Source: a virus (Duplodnaviria > Caudoviricetes). From it: a stretch of 64,000 nt of DNA. How positions within the stretch are numbered: position 1 is the stretch's first letter; each line of letters opens with the position of its first letter. This document shows, piece by piece, positions 26,232-35,368 of this stretch. The translations under genes were made by a program, and so were the position numbers. Location: the IMG/VR virus record IMGVR_UViG_3300037067_018433. One strand, 5' to 3'. Below the pieces are notes generated by a model. It ran no database searches. It was not told where the DNA came from and was given only the letters and a program-made list of their open reading frames with translations.

Positions 26232-27670
26232 GCTCCACTCCCTTCGGCGCTCAAGTAGCGCCAGCTGTAGGGGCCACCTCGATCTGGTGGCCAAGAAACG
26301 ATCAACTGCTTCAGCTTTCGGCACGTGCGTAGACATGGGCCTATATGATCTTCCACGAAAATTACAATTGGCAAGTGCTTTCCTGGTACCAGGCGCTGTG
26401 CCCGGCCGATGATCTGCTGGAAGCTGCCCTCCCAGCTGAACGGCTCGCAGACCACCAGCATGTCCAACGCCTGCTTGTTGAGCGCCTTCTCCCCCAGCCG
26501 TAGCTGGCAGATGAGGATCTTGCCCCGGTTCGTGGCCACGGTTCTCTGCTCGCCCTTCACTCCTCCATGGACGACGCTGGCGTCCGGCAACAGTGCGTGC
26601 AGCTGCTGCAGCATGTACCGACGGTCGCTGAGCACCAGGATGTTCCGGCCTTGCGCCGCCCCCTGCTTGATGAGGTCCACGATCTCATACGTCCGTGGTT
26701 GGAGACCCGCCAGGTACGTGTGGAGCTTCGGAATGTTGATCTGGTTGTACAGCATGACGTGGGCCTTGAACATGGGGTCGGCGGGATCGATGCGGTGCTG
26801 GACGCGGTAGAAGTAGAACGACGGCCGGAGGTCCTGCTTCAGGTAGGTCATGCGCGCCGGCCCCAGGTGCAGGTAGTACATCTGCTCCAGCCCGTCCTGG
26901 CGCCTGGGGGTAGCGGACAGCCAGTAGCGACGGCCGGCGAACAACGGCGCGGCCTTCGAGAACTCCTTCGCGCCCATGATCTGCGCTTCGTCGAAGATAG
27001 CCACCGCGAACCTGTTGCGCACCTCCACTGGCAACGTCTGCTCGTTGGCCATCCTGTACAGCGTCTCGACCAACGCCACGACCACCGGCTTGTCCCAGTC
27101 GTGGTGTCCGTCACCAACCAGCCCGACGGGCACCGGGGACCCATCGTCCATGACGAGGTGCCGGTGGATCTCGTCCTTCCACTGCTGCTGAAGGCCCGAG
27201 CTGTCGACGATGACGATGAACGGGTTGCGGAACTGGGCGGCGGCATGCAGCGCGATCACGGTTTTGCCCACGCCGCACGAGATCACCAGTCCCCCAGCGT
27301 CGTGCTGCAAGAGCCGGGCGACGGCCGCCTGTTGCACGCCGTCATGCCGGATGGCGTCGAGCACCACTTGGCTGCGCATGGGTACCGTCTCGAACTCCTT
27401 CGGTCGTAGATCAATGAGGGGGATACCCCAGTCGGTGAACCGGTTGCGGAACACCTCGCCGTCGAACGGCCCCCAGATGTAGCGCGGTACGCCGATGTGG
27501 TGGACGCCGTCGGCCCACGCCAGCAGCGGCTCCCGCTGCTTCTTCAACTTGCTGGTGGCGTTGGGCGTGAACGTCAGGCTGGCCTTCAGCTGTCGAAGGT
27601 CGACAAGTTCCTTGGGCAGCCACAAAAGGCCGCTCAGATAGGCAGTGCCCGGCTCCATGTTGTATGCCAC
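26228..27670 (-). CDS. superfamily 2 (UvsW/XPB-like) helicase
   Basis: CGVGKT, FDEAQ, LSATP.R.DG, QIIGRAQR; GTG start with AAGGAG. Confidence 0.9.
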   Translation of the reverse strand: MAYNMEPGTAYLSGLLWLPKELVDLRQLKASLTFTPNATSKLKKQREPLLAWADGVHHIGVPRYIWGPFDGEVFRNRFTDWGIPLIDLRPKEFETVPMRSQVVLDAIRHDGVQQAAVARLLQHDAGGLVISCGVGKTVIALHAAAQFRNPFIVIVDSSGLQQQWKDEIHRHLVMDDGSPVPVGLVGDGHHDWDKPVVVALVETLYRMANEQTLPVEVRNRFAVAIFDEAQIMGAKEFSKAAPLFAGRRYWLSATPRRQDGLEQMYYLHLGPARMTYLKQDLRPSFYFYRVQHRIDPADPMFKAHVMLYNQINIPKLHTYLAGLQPRTYEIVDLIKQGAAQGRNILVLSDRRYMLQQLHALLPDASVVHGGVKGEQRTVATNRGKILICQLRLGEKALNKQALDMLVVCEPFSWEGSFQQIIGRAQRLVPGKHLPIVIFVEDHIGPCLRTCRKLKQLIVSWPPDRGGPYSWRYLSAEGSGA

Positions 27671-27783
27671 CGGAGGCTCCTTTCGTGACCCGCCGGTGCG
27701 CAACCATCGAGGCTGCCACTTGGACGTGGGGTCTGTCAACGAAAAAAATGGACCGAAATCGAAACGCAGAGCGCCAGCAAGTT

Positions 27784-27812
27784 TCTTATGCCTATTTTGA
27801 TCTTTTATTTTC
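27784..27812 (-). promoter_or_regulatory. phage-specific bipartite promoter motif, copy 3 (heads the replication block)
   Basis: GAAAA-N15-GGCATAAGA. Confidence 0.65.
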
Positions 27813-27817
27813 GCGCG

Positions 27818-27853
27818 TTGACACGGTGCGGCGCCCGCGTCTAGTCTTGGATT
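27818..27853 (+). promoter_or_regulatory. sigma70-like promoter, leaderless
   Basis: TTGACA-N18-TAGTCT-N6-ATG(27854). Confidence 0.7.
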
Positions 27854-29089
27854 ATGGAGACGTTGGACATCCAGGATGACCACGGTGCGCTGCTGGCGCT
27901 TGTCGGCGACGCGATCCCCGAGAACATCAAGCAGGCGAGCATCACCGACCTGGACGTCAACCAGGCACCGGACGACCTGTTCGCCCTGGTCATCGAGCGT
28001 GCGGGGCAGCCGCCGCTCCGGAAGTTCGCGTGCAGCGACGGGCCTACCACCTACGTTTCGGCGCTGTACCTCACGCAGACCTACCGGCACCTGACGCCGG
28101 CCGCGGTCAAGACCGCAGCGAAGAGCCTCCTGCAGGCGGCGGACGTCTACCGCGTGACGCTGCCCGCGGATGTGGCGAAGTTGGCGGCGACCGGTGGCCT
28201 GTCGCAGTTCGAGGAGCCCGAGACCAAGGTCGCGGGCCTGGACGACATGCTGAAGGTGATCCGCGAGCGGCGGCAGGAGAACAAGCTGCGGAAGACCGCC
28301 GACCTGACGGGAACCGAGCTCACTCCTGTGGGCACCCCACGTCCACCAACGGACGCCGTCAAGAAGCTGGCGGCCGTCGACAACCACGTATCGTGGTCCG
28401 GACCGACGGTCGAAGAGATCGAGCCGCCCCTTCGCCTCGTCGAGCTCGGCGTCAAGACCGCCGGTGGCAACACCTATCCTCTGGACAAGGTCCGTGACCT
28501 GATGGACCTCGAGCGCGCGTTCGCCCACAACATCACGGCCATCCCCGTGGACGACCGGGTGAAGGTGGCGTGTGCGGTGGTCGAGCGCGAGCAGGACATG
28601 GGCCTCCCGTCGGGCGCCCCCGTGCTCAAGTACGCGGGCAAGAGCTTCCGTTCCGCCCGTGAGCTGGAGCAGGCGCTGTGGTCACGCGTCACCATGGGCA
28701 AGCGCGCGCACAAGGACACCACCGGCTACAACAAGCTGGCGGCGATCAAAGACCCCCAGGAGTACGCCGAGAAGCTGGCGGCCGTCGACCGCTCCATCGG
28801 CCTGGATCGGGAGTGGGACCGCGGGCTCGAGGACCCGTGGGCCGCGACGCTGTCCGCGAAGAAGACCGCCGAGGTCATCTACAACCAGAACGGGGTGTTC
28901 GTCTCCGACCACCAGCTGGAGCGCATGGCCGCCAAGGAACCGAAGAAGGTGCTGTGCGCGATCCTCGACGCCGACATGGTGGAGGAATTCATCAAGGACC
29001 CGGTCGGTGTCTTCCGGTCGATGCCCGAGCCGATGAAGCAGTCCATTGGGCGTCTGGCCAACGACCCGCTGTGGCGGGCTGATCCGTAG
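27854..29089 (+). CDS. K-x-A-rich putative head protein
   Basis: About 14 of 28 lysines are in K-x-A (manual count); apparent internal helical duplication. Confidence 0.7.
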   Translation: METLDIQDDHGALLALVGDAIPENIKQASITDLDVNQAPDDLFALVIERAGQPPLRKFACSDGPTTYVSALYLTQTYRHLTPAAVKTAAKSLLQAADVYRVTLPADVAKLAATGGLSQFEEPETKVAGLDDMLKVIRERRQENKLRKTADLTGTELTPVGTPRPPTDAVKKLAAVDNHVSWSGPTVEEIEPPLRLVELGVKTAGGNTYPLDKVRDLMDLERAFAHNITAIPVDDRVKVACAVVEREQDMGLPSGAPVLKYAGKSFRSARELEQALWSRVTMGKRAHKDTTGYNKLAAIKDPQEYAEKLAAVDRSIGLDREWDRGLEDPWAATLSAKKTAEVIYNQNGVFVSDHQLERMAAKEPKKVLCAILDADMVEEFIKDPVGVFRSMPEPMKQSIGRLANDPLWRADP

Positions 29090-29166
29090 GTTCGTTCCGG
29101 ACGGCATGTCGCCGTCCGGTTGCTCCTCGGCTCCTGCGGGAGCCGCAAGGAAAAACGGAGATCATC

Positions 29167-30243
29167 ATGGCAACGAAGCTCGACAGTCTGCTCAAGCGCA
29201 CCGCGCGCTCCTCGCACATCCTCGACAACTGCCAGCGGGGGGTGCAGGGGGAAATCAACCAGCTCTGGCAGGAGCTCGACCACCTCGACCAGGTCATCGA
29301 GGGGCACGTCGGCTTCCCCGAGATCGACCGGCTGTCCGTCAGCACCATCAGCGCCGGTGCCGGCGCCACCGCCGTGCTGGTCGAGGGCCGCAACTTCATC
29401 CCCACGGGCTGGAAGCGCGGGATGGTCAACATCAACCCCGGCGTGAACATGGGCATCGACTGGTACGCGGCCCAGCCGGGGAGCGACGGCAACCGTCTGC
29501 GCATCGTCTACGTGAAGGGCGGCGCGGGTCTGGGCGTGGCCTACAACCCGGCCAACAACACGGCGACCGTGACGCTGGCGGCCGGTGGTTCGACCGCGAA
29601 CGCCGTCATCGCGGCGGTCCAGGCGACGGCCGCGGTCTACGCCCAGGTCAATGGGGTTCTCCAGTACGGCCACAGCGGTGCGGGCGTCATCAACGTGGCG
29701 CAGGCTTCCACCGCGATCGTCGGCGGTACGGGCACCGCGCTGCGCTGCGCGGCGCTCACCGTCGACCCGGGCGGCGCCAACAACGCCGTTCTGTACACGG
29801 CACGCGTTCCGGGAACCCCCGGCAACAGCATCACCGTCGCGTACACGGTGGGCGTCGTCGGTGCGGCCCCCGTGGTCACCGTGACCGGTCAGCGCATCAG
29901 CGTGGCCATCGACGCCGGCGTCACGACGGCCAACGCCGTGATCCTGGCGGTCAACAACCACACGACGGCCCGCGGCCTGGTCCACGCCAGCCGCGTGTAT
30001 GGCGACACGGGCGCCGGGACCATCCCGGGTCTCATGGCCGCTGCCGCACTGACCAACGGCGCGGACGGCCAGGGGCTGCGCGTCGAGGTCGGTGGTCTGG
30101 CGGGCGTGCTCTACAACGTCACCGACACCACGTTCAACTTCGACGTGGGAGCGCTGGCCGAGCAGGTGAACACGGAGCTCACCACGCTCCGCGTCGACAT
30201 CTGCGGGCACGGCTTCCGCATCCCGATGGCGGTCGTCGCGTAG
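29167..30243 (+). CDS. virion structural protein with a duplicated beta-rich domain
   Basis: Two repeats (G..GN.(L/I).(I/V).Y...TANAVI.AV); Ala/Gly/Val/Thr-rich. Confidence 0.65.
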   Translation: MATKLDSLLKRTARSSHILDNCQRGVQGEINQLWQELDHLDQVIEGHVGFPEIDRLSVSTISAGAGATAVLVEGRNFIPTGWKRGMVNINPGVNMGIDWYAAQPGSDGNRLRIVYVKGGAGLGVAYNPANNTATVTLAAGGSTANAVIAAVQATAAVYAQVNGVLQYGHSGAGVINVAQASTAIVGGTGTALRCAALTVDPGGANNAVLYTARVPGTPGNSITVAYTVGVVGAAPVVTVTGQRISVAIDAGVTTANAVILAVNNHTTARGLVHASRVYGDTGAGTIPGLMAAAALTNGADGQGLRVEVGGLAGVLYNVTDTTFNFDVGALAEQVNTELTTLRVDICGHGFRIPMAVVA

Positions 30244-30270
30244 TTCCACCTTTCCGCCGCCGCGCTCCTC

Positions 30271-30286
30271 GTGATACGATGAGTCC
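30271..30286 (+). promoter_or_regulatory. extended -10 promoter, leaderless
   Basis: TG-A-TACGAT-N6-ATG(30287). Confidence 0.55.
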
Positions 30287-31084
30287 ATGGCGGGTCATGT
30301 AGCTACCGATCTCCCCCCTCGTGTAGCGCTGACCCGCCAATCCACCTTCTCCTCGGCTTACGTGCACCCTCTGGCCGCCGACCGGCTGCTTGAGGAGAAG
30401 TACGGGGTCGAGTGGTTGCTCTGGGAACCCGAGACGTTGTGGACCACCATCACCAAGGACTTCGCACTGCACGCCGAGTTGAGCAGGACGGTGCGCGCCG
30501 GACTGCAGGCGGTGCGCACGTTGCACAACACCGATCAGTTCTTCGAGGAGTGGCAGGTCACCAACTGGGTCACCCAGGCGCTAGACGGTACGCTCCCGGA
30601 CTTCGACTCGCTGCAGGATGCCGAACCCGGCCAGCTCATGCACGCCGTGTACTGCGCGAAGCTGTCCCGCGGCAACATGCCGTACGCTGACGAAGTCCAG
30701 AAGTGGATGGCCTGCGAGTTTCTGGACGCCGGGCTGCTCTACGCGCCTCCCCCACTCGAGTTCATCCAGGACGAGATCGCGATGATGGAGGCGCACTGTC
30801 GCAAGTGTGGGAACGTGGAGTGGTCCGAGGGGCTCACCGAGTGCCCCAACTGCGGCGCCGGTCGCGACCAGCTGGACATATTGGCCCGTCACCAGTGGAC
30901 CATGGTCAAGGACATGTGGTCCTTGATCAAGAACAAGGTAGCGAACAGCGTGTCGTTGGCCGAGGACATGATGGGCGTGCAGATGGCCCGGCTGCTGGCG
31001 GCCAGGGATCATCTGAACGACCGCGTCTCTCTGCTGAACACACAACTCAAGGAGCTGGACTTTGGACCTGTGCCCACGCCATAA
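30287..31084 (+). CDS. hypothetical protein with Zn ribbon
   Basis: WEPETLW motif; CRKC...CPNC. Confidence 0.7.
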   Translation: MAGHVATDLPPRVALTRQSTFSSAYVHPLAADRLLEEKYGVEWLLWEPETLWTTITKDFALHAELSRTVRAGLQAVRTLHNTDQFFEEWQVTNWVTQALDGTLPDFDSLQDAEPGQLMHAVYCAKLSRGNMPYADEVQKWMACEFLDAGLLYAPPPLEFIQDEIAMMEAHCRKCGNVEWSEGLTECPNCGAGRDQLDILARHQWTMVKDMWSLIKNKVANSVSLAEDMMGVQMARLLAARDHLNDRVSLLNTQLKELDFGPVPTP

Positions 31085-32081
31085 CCGGGAGCTGCTCGCG
31101 GGCTTCTGCGACGTCTTCGTCAAGAGGGCGGCGATCGGGCATGTCGGTCTGGGTACGGAGCCGACACCCATCCAGCACTGGCACCGGAAGTTTGCCGCGC
31201 TGCCGGAGGATGAGCAGCTGAAGCTGTCGGCGTTTGCATCGATCATCGCCCCCGTGCTGTACAAGCAGGCGGGCGCCGCGCAAAGTGCTCTGCGCGCGGT
31301 TGGCTCGCTGGACGATGTGGCGCCGGCGGTGCGCTCCGTCGAGCGTGCGGCACCCGCACTCCGTGTTCTTGAAGGTGGTGGGGAGGCCGCGGGATACGTC
31401 CGGCCGCGGGTCATGGTGGACATGAACGCCCCGCCCTCCGGTGTCCCGTTCAACGCGCTCCCGCCGCCTCCAACAACGCCCGCACCATCAGTGCTCCAGT
31501 CCTCGCTCTCCAACGCGGACCTTCCAGGAACTCCGATCCCCTCCGGCGGCGCTTCCGTTGGTGCTGTGCCCCCGGTCCCCACGACCCCGGGTCTTCCTTC
31601 CTGGGCGAACCGCGCGCTCGGTTCGTACAAGGGGATGAAGCCCTGGCAGAAGGGCATGTTCGCGTTTGGTGTGGGCATGCCGCTGTACCAGTACAGTCAG
31701 GGGCAGATCGGTCCTGGGGAGTTGGCGGCGGGCATCGGGGGCAGCGTGCTCACCATGGGTATGGGCATGCCGATGCAGCTCGCGGGGTCCCTCGGCGCCC
31801 CGATGTTGGCTGGCCGTGTGATCGACCCGGCCCTTGGTTGGCGCCCCATGGAGCAGCGGTTGCAGGAAGCGCAGCAATCGGGCCAGCAACAGATGCTGTC
31901 CGCTGTCCAACAGCAGATGGGCGGGTATCAGATCCCACAGTACGCACCCGGTGGCTACCAGTTCAGTGCCAACGGTCTGGCGATGTCCGGTCCCCAGGGC
32001 ACGCAGCTACGGCCTGACCTGGGCCTCCCCTTTCAGATGGCGCAGCGTGAGGCCATCGAACGCCGCTTCCCGGGGTTGTGA
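31062..32081 (+). CDS. putative internal head/ejection protein
   Basis: N-terminal KRA/KFA/KQA sites, then Gly-rich hydrophobic segments. Confidence 0.6.
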   Translation: MDLCPRHNRELLAGFCDVFVKRAAIGHVGLGTEPTPIQHWHRKFAALPEDEQLKLSAFASIIAPVLYKQAGAAQSALRAVGSLDDVAPAVRSVERAAPALRVLEGGGEAAGYVRPRVMVDMNAPPSGVPFNALPPPPTTPAPSVLQSSLSNADLPGTPIPSGGASVGAVPPVPTTPGLPSWANRALGSYKGMKPWQKGMFAFGVGMPLYQYSQGQIGPGELAAGIGGSVLTMGMGMPMQLAGSLGAPMLAGRVIDPALGWRPMEQRLQEAQQSGQQQMLSAVQQQMGGYQIPQYAPGGYQFSANGLAMSGPQGTQLRPDLGLPFQMAQREAIERRFPGL

Positions 32082-32905
32082 TGCCACTAAAGGATCAGAT
32101 GATTCTGGAGGCGTTCGTGGCCACCCTCTTCGGGAAGACCGCGGGTGCCGCGTCGAGCGTCGCGGAGATGGCGCGGATGCTGGGCGCGAAGCCGAGGTAC
32201 GGCGTCGGGGCACTGGCTGGCGGTGCGCTGGGTGCGTTGGCCGGAGCCGGGACCACGCCGCGTGGGGAGGAGCCAGGGCTCAATCGGCGGGCGGCCGTCG
32301 GTGCAGCCATCGGGGCGCTGGGCGGGGCGGGAGCCGCCAAGGGGCTGCACTGGCTGGGGGCGGGTCCGGTGTCGGGCGCCGAGCGTGCGGCGCGTGCGCT
32401 GCACGCCCAGTACTACGGGCTCACCGGACGCCTTCCGGGTCAGGGGGCCATGTCCCCGTCCGAGATGGCTGCGCGTCTGGAGAAGCTGGACATTGGACCG
32501 CGGGCGGCGCAGGCCGCGTTGACCGCGGCCAAGCCCGGCACCAACCTCGGTCCGTTGCGCGCGAGACTGGAAGCCGCACGCACAGGTATCGACACACTGC
32601 CCGGGGTGCTCAAGGGCTTGGCGACCCGTCCCCTGGACACTGTGCGCACGGCGTGGCAGGCTCAGACACCGTTGGGCAAGGCGGTGACCTTGGGTAGCGG
32701 CGTGTTCCCGATTCGCGAACTGCGCAAAGGAAAGACGGAGTACGGACCCACCAAGGAGTACAGCTCCCGTCGCCAACACGCGCTGTCCGAGATCGGGAAG
32801 AACCTGGGGTACGTGGCGGCGGGTGCCGCACCCGTAGCTCCGTTGATCACGGCGGGTACGCTGTTGGGCGAAGCCGGGAAGACCATCGGGTCGCTCGTGG
32901 GGTAG
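32081..32905 (+). CDS. putative internal head/ejection protein, glycine zipper
   Basis: EAFVATLFGKTA leader, then GALAGGALGALAGAG. Confidence 0.6.
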   Translation: MPLKDQMILEAFVATLFGKTAGAASSVAEMARMLGAKPRYGVGALAGGALGALAGAGTTPRGEEPGLNRRAAVGAAIGALGGAGAAKGLHWLGAGPVSGAERAARALHAQYYGLTGRLPGQGAMSPSEMAARLEKLDIGPRAAQAALTAAKPGTNLGPLRARLEAARTGIDTLPGVLKGLATRPLDTVRTAWQAQTPLGKAVTLGSGVFPIRELRKGKTEYGPTKEYSSRRQHALSEIGKNLGYVAAGAAPVAPLITAGTLLGEAGKTIGSLVG

Positions 32906-32908
32906 CAG

Positions 32909-34846
32909 ATGACCTATTCGACCCTGTCCCAGATGCAGAACATGGGCGCCAGCCGGATGCCCGGCTCGCAGATGATGCGCTACCCGAGCCCATACCTGGA
33001 CATCGGGAACACGTATTACCCACAGACCATCCGCGAGCTGCTGCAGCTCTGCCGGATGTTCTACTGGACGCATCCGCTCATCAGCGCCACGATCAACAAG
33101 CTGGCGCGGTACCCGGTTACTGATCTTACGTTCGCCCACAGCAAGTCCAATGCAGTCGCCGACTTCTGGCTGAACCTGATGTGTGACATCGTGCGCATCC
33201 GCTCGTTCTTGATCCGCGTGCACCTGGACACGCTAGCGTTGGGTAACGCCTTCGTGTCCATCATCTACCCGTTCAAGCGGCGACTGGTTTGCGGAAAGTG
33301 CAAGCAGAGCACCGACGCCAAGCTCAACTACGATCACTGGGAGTACATGGGCGGGAAGTTCGTTCTGGACTGCCCGCACTGCGGCCACCGCGGTCCGTCG
33401 ACGGTCGACGATGTCTACATCCGCTCCCCGCGCGATGTGCGCCTGCACCTGTGGGACCCGATGGACGTCATCATCGAGGACACCGACTACCCGGGCACCA
33501 CCCGCTACATGTACCGGATCCCCAGGAACCTCGGGAACTCCATCCGCCTGGGGAAGAAGGCGGTGGTCTGCCAGGTCCCCATGTTCTTCATCGAGGCCGT
33601 CGAGCGCTCGAAGATGGTCGTGTTCAGCGCCGACAACCTCTTCCACATCAAGCGCCAGGTGGTCAGCGGCAAGCACAAGGGCTGGGGCATGCCGCTCATC
33701 GCCAACGTCCTCAAGCTGGCGTTCCAGCTCCAGATCATGATGAAGACCAACGAGCAGATCATGACGGAGCACATGATCCCGCTGCGCTTCCTCTTCCCGC
33801 AGGCGCCGGGAGTCACGGCCGATCCGTTCAGCAACGTGTGGATGACCAACTGGAAGGCCAAGGTCGAGGAGGAGGTCCGGCACTGGAGACAGGACCCGAA
33901 CTACCTCCCGATCACTCCGCTGCCTGTAGGTGCCCAATCCATCGGCGGCGAGGGCCGCGCGCTCATGCTGAACGCCGAGATGCGCATGCAGCTCGAGATG
34001 ATCGTCGCGTCCATGGAGGTCCCGCAATCCTTCGTGTTCAGCGGCGGGAACTACACCGGGTCCATCGTCGACATGCGGCAGCTCGAGAACCTGTGCCTCG
34101 GTATGGTCGAGGACGACCGGGAGCTGGTGCGCTGGGTGATCGAGCACCTTGCGGCGTACCTCAAGATGCCGAAGCCCGAGAGCTGGCACTTCAAGCCGTT
34201 CAAGCAGGCGGACGACTTGACCCGCCGCCAGCTGTACATCGCGCTGTGGGATCGCGGGTTGGCCGACGGCCACGCGGTCTGTGCGATGAACGACCTCGAG
34301 TTCGACGCGGTCACCGACATGCGGAAGAAGGAAGCCAAGATCGACGCCGAGATCAAGGGTGAGCAAGCCAAGGCCGCGGCCACGGCCCAGGGGGAGGCGC
34401 AGATCACGGCCGCCAGGTTCCAGGTACGGGCGCAGGCCGCGGCGGCCCAGCAGATGAAGGCCCTGCAGCAGGGGCCGATGAGCGGGAGCACCCCACCCGG
34501 CGGCATCGGTGGTCCCCAGGAGACGGAGCAACCCACGCCGTCGACAGACGATCTCCTCCCCACCTCGGGCATCGAGTCGAACACCCGGTTCTTCGAGTCG
34601 GGCGACGGGCTAGCGGTTACCTCCGACGGGACGCGCGTACAGCCCGAGGCCCTCGCCCGCGGCTTCGCCTCGCAGCTGGCGGGCATGGATACCGCGCAAC
34701 GCGACCTGTACCTGTCGCAGTTGCAGGCGGAGATGCCGCAGGTGCACGGGCTGGTGATGCAGCACCTTTCAGGTCCTGCACCCGGCACCATCACGCAGCC
34801 GCTCCCCGAGCAGCGCCCGCCACGCGCAGAGCTCTCCACGATCTAA
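32909..34846 (+). CDS. portal protein with Zn-ribbon insertion
   Basis: HPLISATINKLARYP, LGNAFV, GWGMPLI, IPLRFLFP; size and position. Confidence 0.75.
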   Translation: MTYSTLSQMQNMGASRMPGSQMMRYPSPYLDIGNTYYPQTIRELLQLCRMFYWTHPLISATINKLARYPVTDLTFAHSKSNAVADFWLNLMCDIVRIRSFLIRVHLDTLALGNAFVSIIYPFKRRLVCGKCKQSTDAKLNYDHWEYMGGKFVLDCPHCGHRGPSTVDDVYIRSPRDVRLHLWDPMDVIIEDTDYPGTTRYMYRIPRNLGNSIRLGKKAVVCQVPMFFIEAVERSKMVVFSADNLFHIKRQVVSGKHKGWGMPLIANVLKLAFQLQIMMKTNEQIMTEHMIPLRFLFPQAPGVTADPFSNVWMTNWKAKVEEEVRHWRQDPNYLPITPLPVGAQSIGGEGRALMLNAEMRMQLEMIVASMEVPQSFVFSGGNYTGSIVDMRQLENLCLGMVEDDRELVRWVIEHLAAYLKMPKPESWHFKPFKQADDLTRRQLYIALWDRGLADGHAVCAMNDLEFDAVTDMRKKEAKIDAEIKGEQAKAAATAQGEAQITAARFQVRAQAAAAQQMKALQQGPMSGSTPPGGIGGPQETEQPTPSTDDLLPTSGIESNTRFFESGDGLAVTSDGTRVQPEALARGFASQLAGMDTAQRDLYLSQLQAEMPQVHGLVMQHLSGPAPGTITQPLPEQRPPRAELSTI

Positions 34847-34863
34847 AAGAAAAAGGAGAGGAA

Positions 34864-34898
34864 TGGGGAGTCAGGCAGGTGGACTGCCTGACTCCCCA
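34864..34898. terminator. 15-bp perfect hairpin, probably a terminator between convergent units
   Basis: TGGGGAGTCAGGCAG-GTGGA-CTGCCTGACTCCCCA; A-rich tract at 34845-34854. Confidence 0.6.
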
Positions 34899-35044
34899 GA
34901 GACCTAGCGCTCGACGTTGAGCGTAGGGGGCCGGATTCCTTGGCTCTCGGCGAGACCCGCCCAGAGGCCGAAGAAGATCCCGGCGAACAGCTCACCCAGG
35001 AACAGCATTGGCGTCTCCTTCTGTTGTTAGACGGCGACTACCGG

Positions 35045-35095
35045 CTACCCGGGTTGTCGCATGTCGTCGATGAGCTCTTCCAGCTCATCCAGCAA
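35045..35095 (-). CDS. 16-aa micropeptide MLDELEELIDDMRQPG
   Basis: TTG start after GGAGAAAGGG; same length and similar C-terminus as 35215-35265. Confidence 0.35.
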   Translation of the reverse strand: MLDELEELIDDMRQPG

Positions 35096-35214
35096 AGGGA
35101 GGCCCTTTCTCCGTCGATCAGCAGTCGGCGGTCGGGGACCCGATAACCATCAGGTCGTGGCCAACGGCCCTGTTGCCGTATGGCTTCCCGGCTGCCTGGG
35201 TGCTTCTCTGAGGA

Positions 35215-35265
35215 CTACCCCGGTTTGCGCGCGTCGTCCAAGTCGTCGTCCGGCGTTGTCTTCAT
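35215..35265 (-). CDS. 16-aa micropeptide MKTTPDDDLDDARKPG
   Basis: ATG after AAAGGAG; first SD-preceded ORF after promoter motif copy 4. Confidence 0.4.
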   Translation of the reverse strand: MKTTPDDDLDDARKPG

Positions 35266-35308
35266 CAACTTCTCCTTTCTGGAGAGCAGCACACTCTCCT
35301 ACCAATGA

Positions 35309-35338
35309 TCTTATGCCGAATTCCCCTATCCCCTTTTC
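35309..35338 (-). promoter_or_regulatory. phage-specific bipartite promoter motif, copy 4
   Basis: GAAAA-N16-GGCATAAGA. Confidence 0.65.
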
Positions 35339-35368
35339 TCTACGGCCGTTCACGGGGTAGTATGGGGT

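Noticed and set aside
26228-28528. 766-aa version of the helicase ORF
   Set aside because: The N-terminal extension is antisense to the 27854 gene and crosses the promoter region; the SD-supported GTG at 27670 is preferred.
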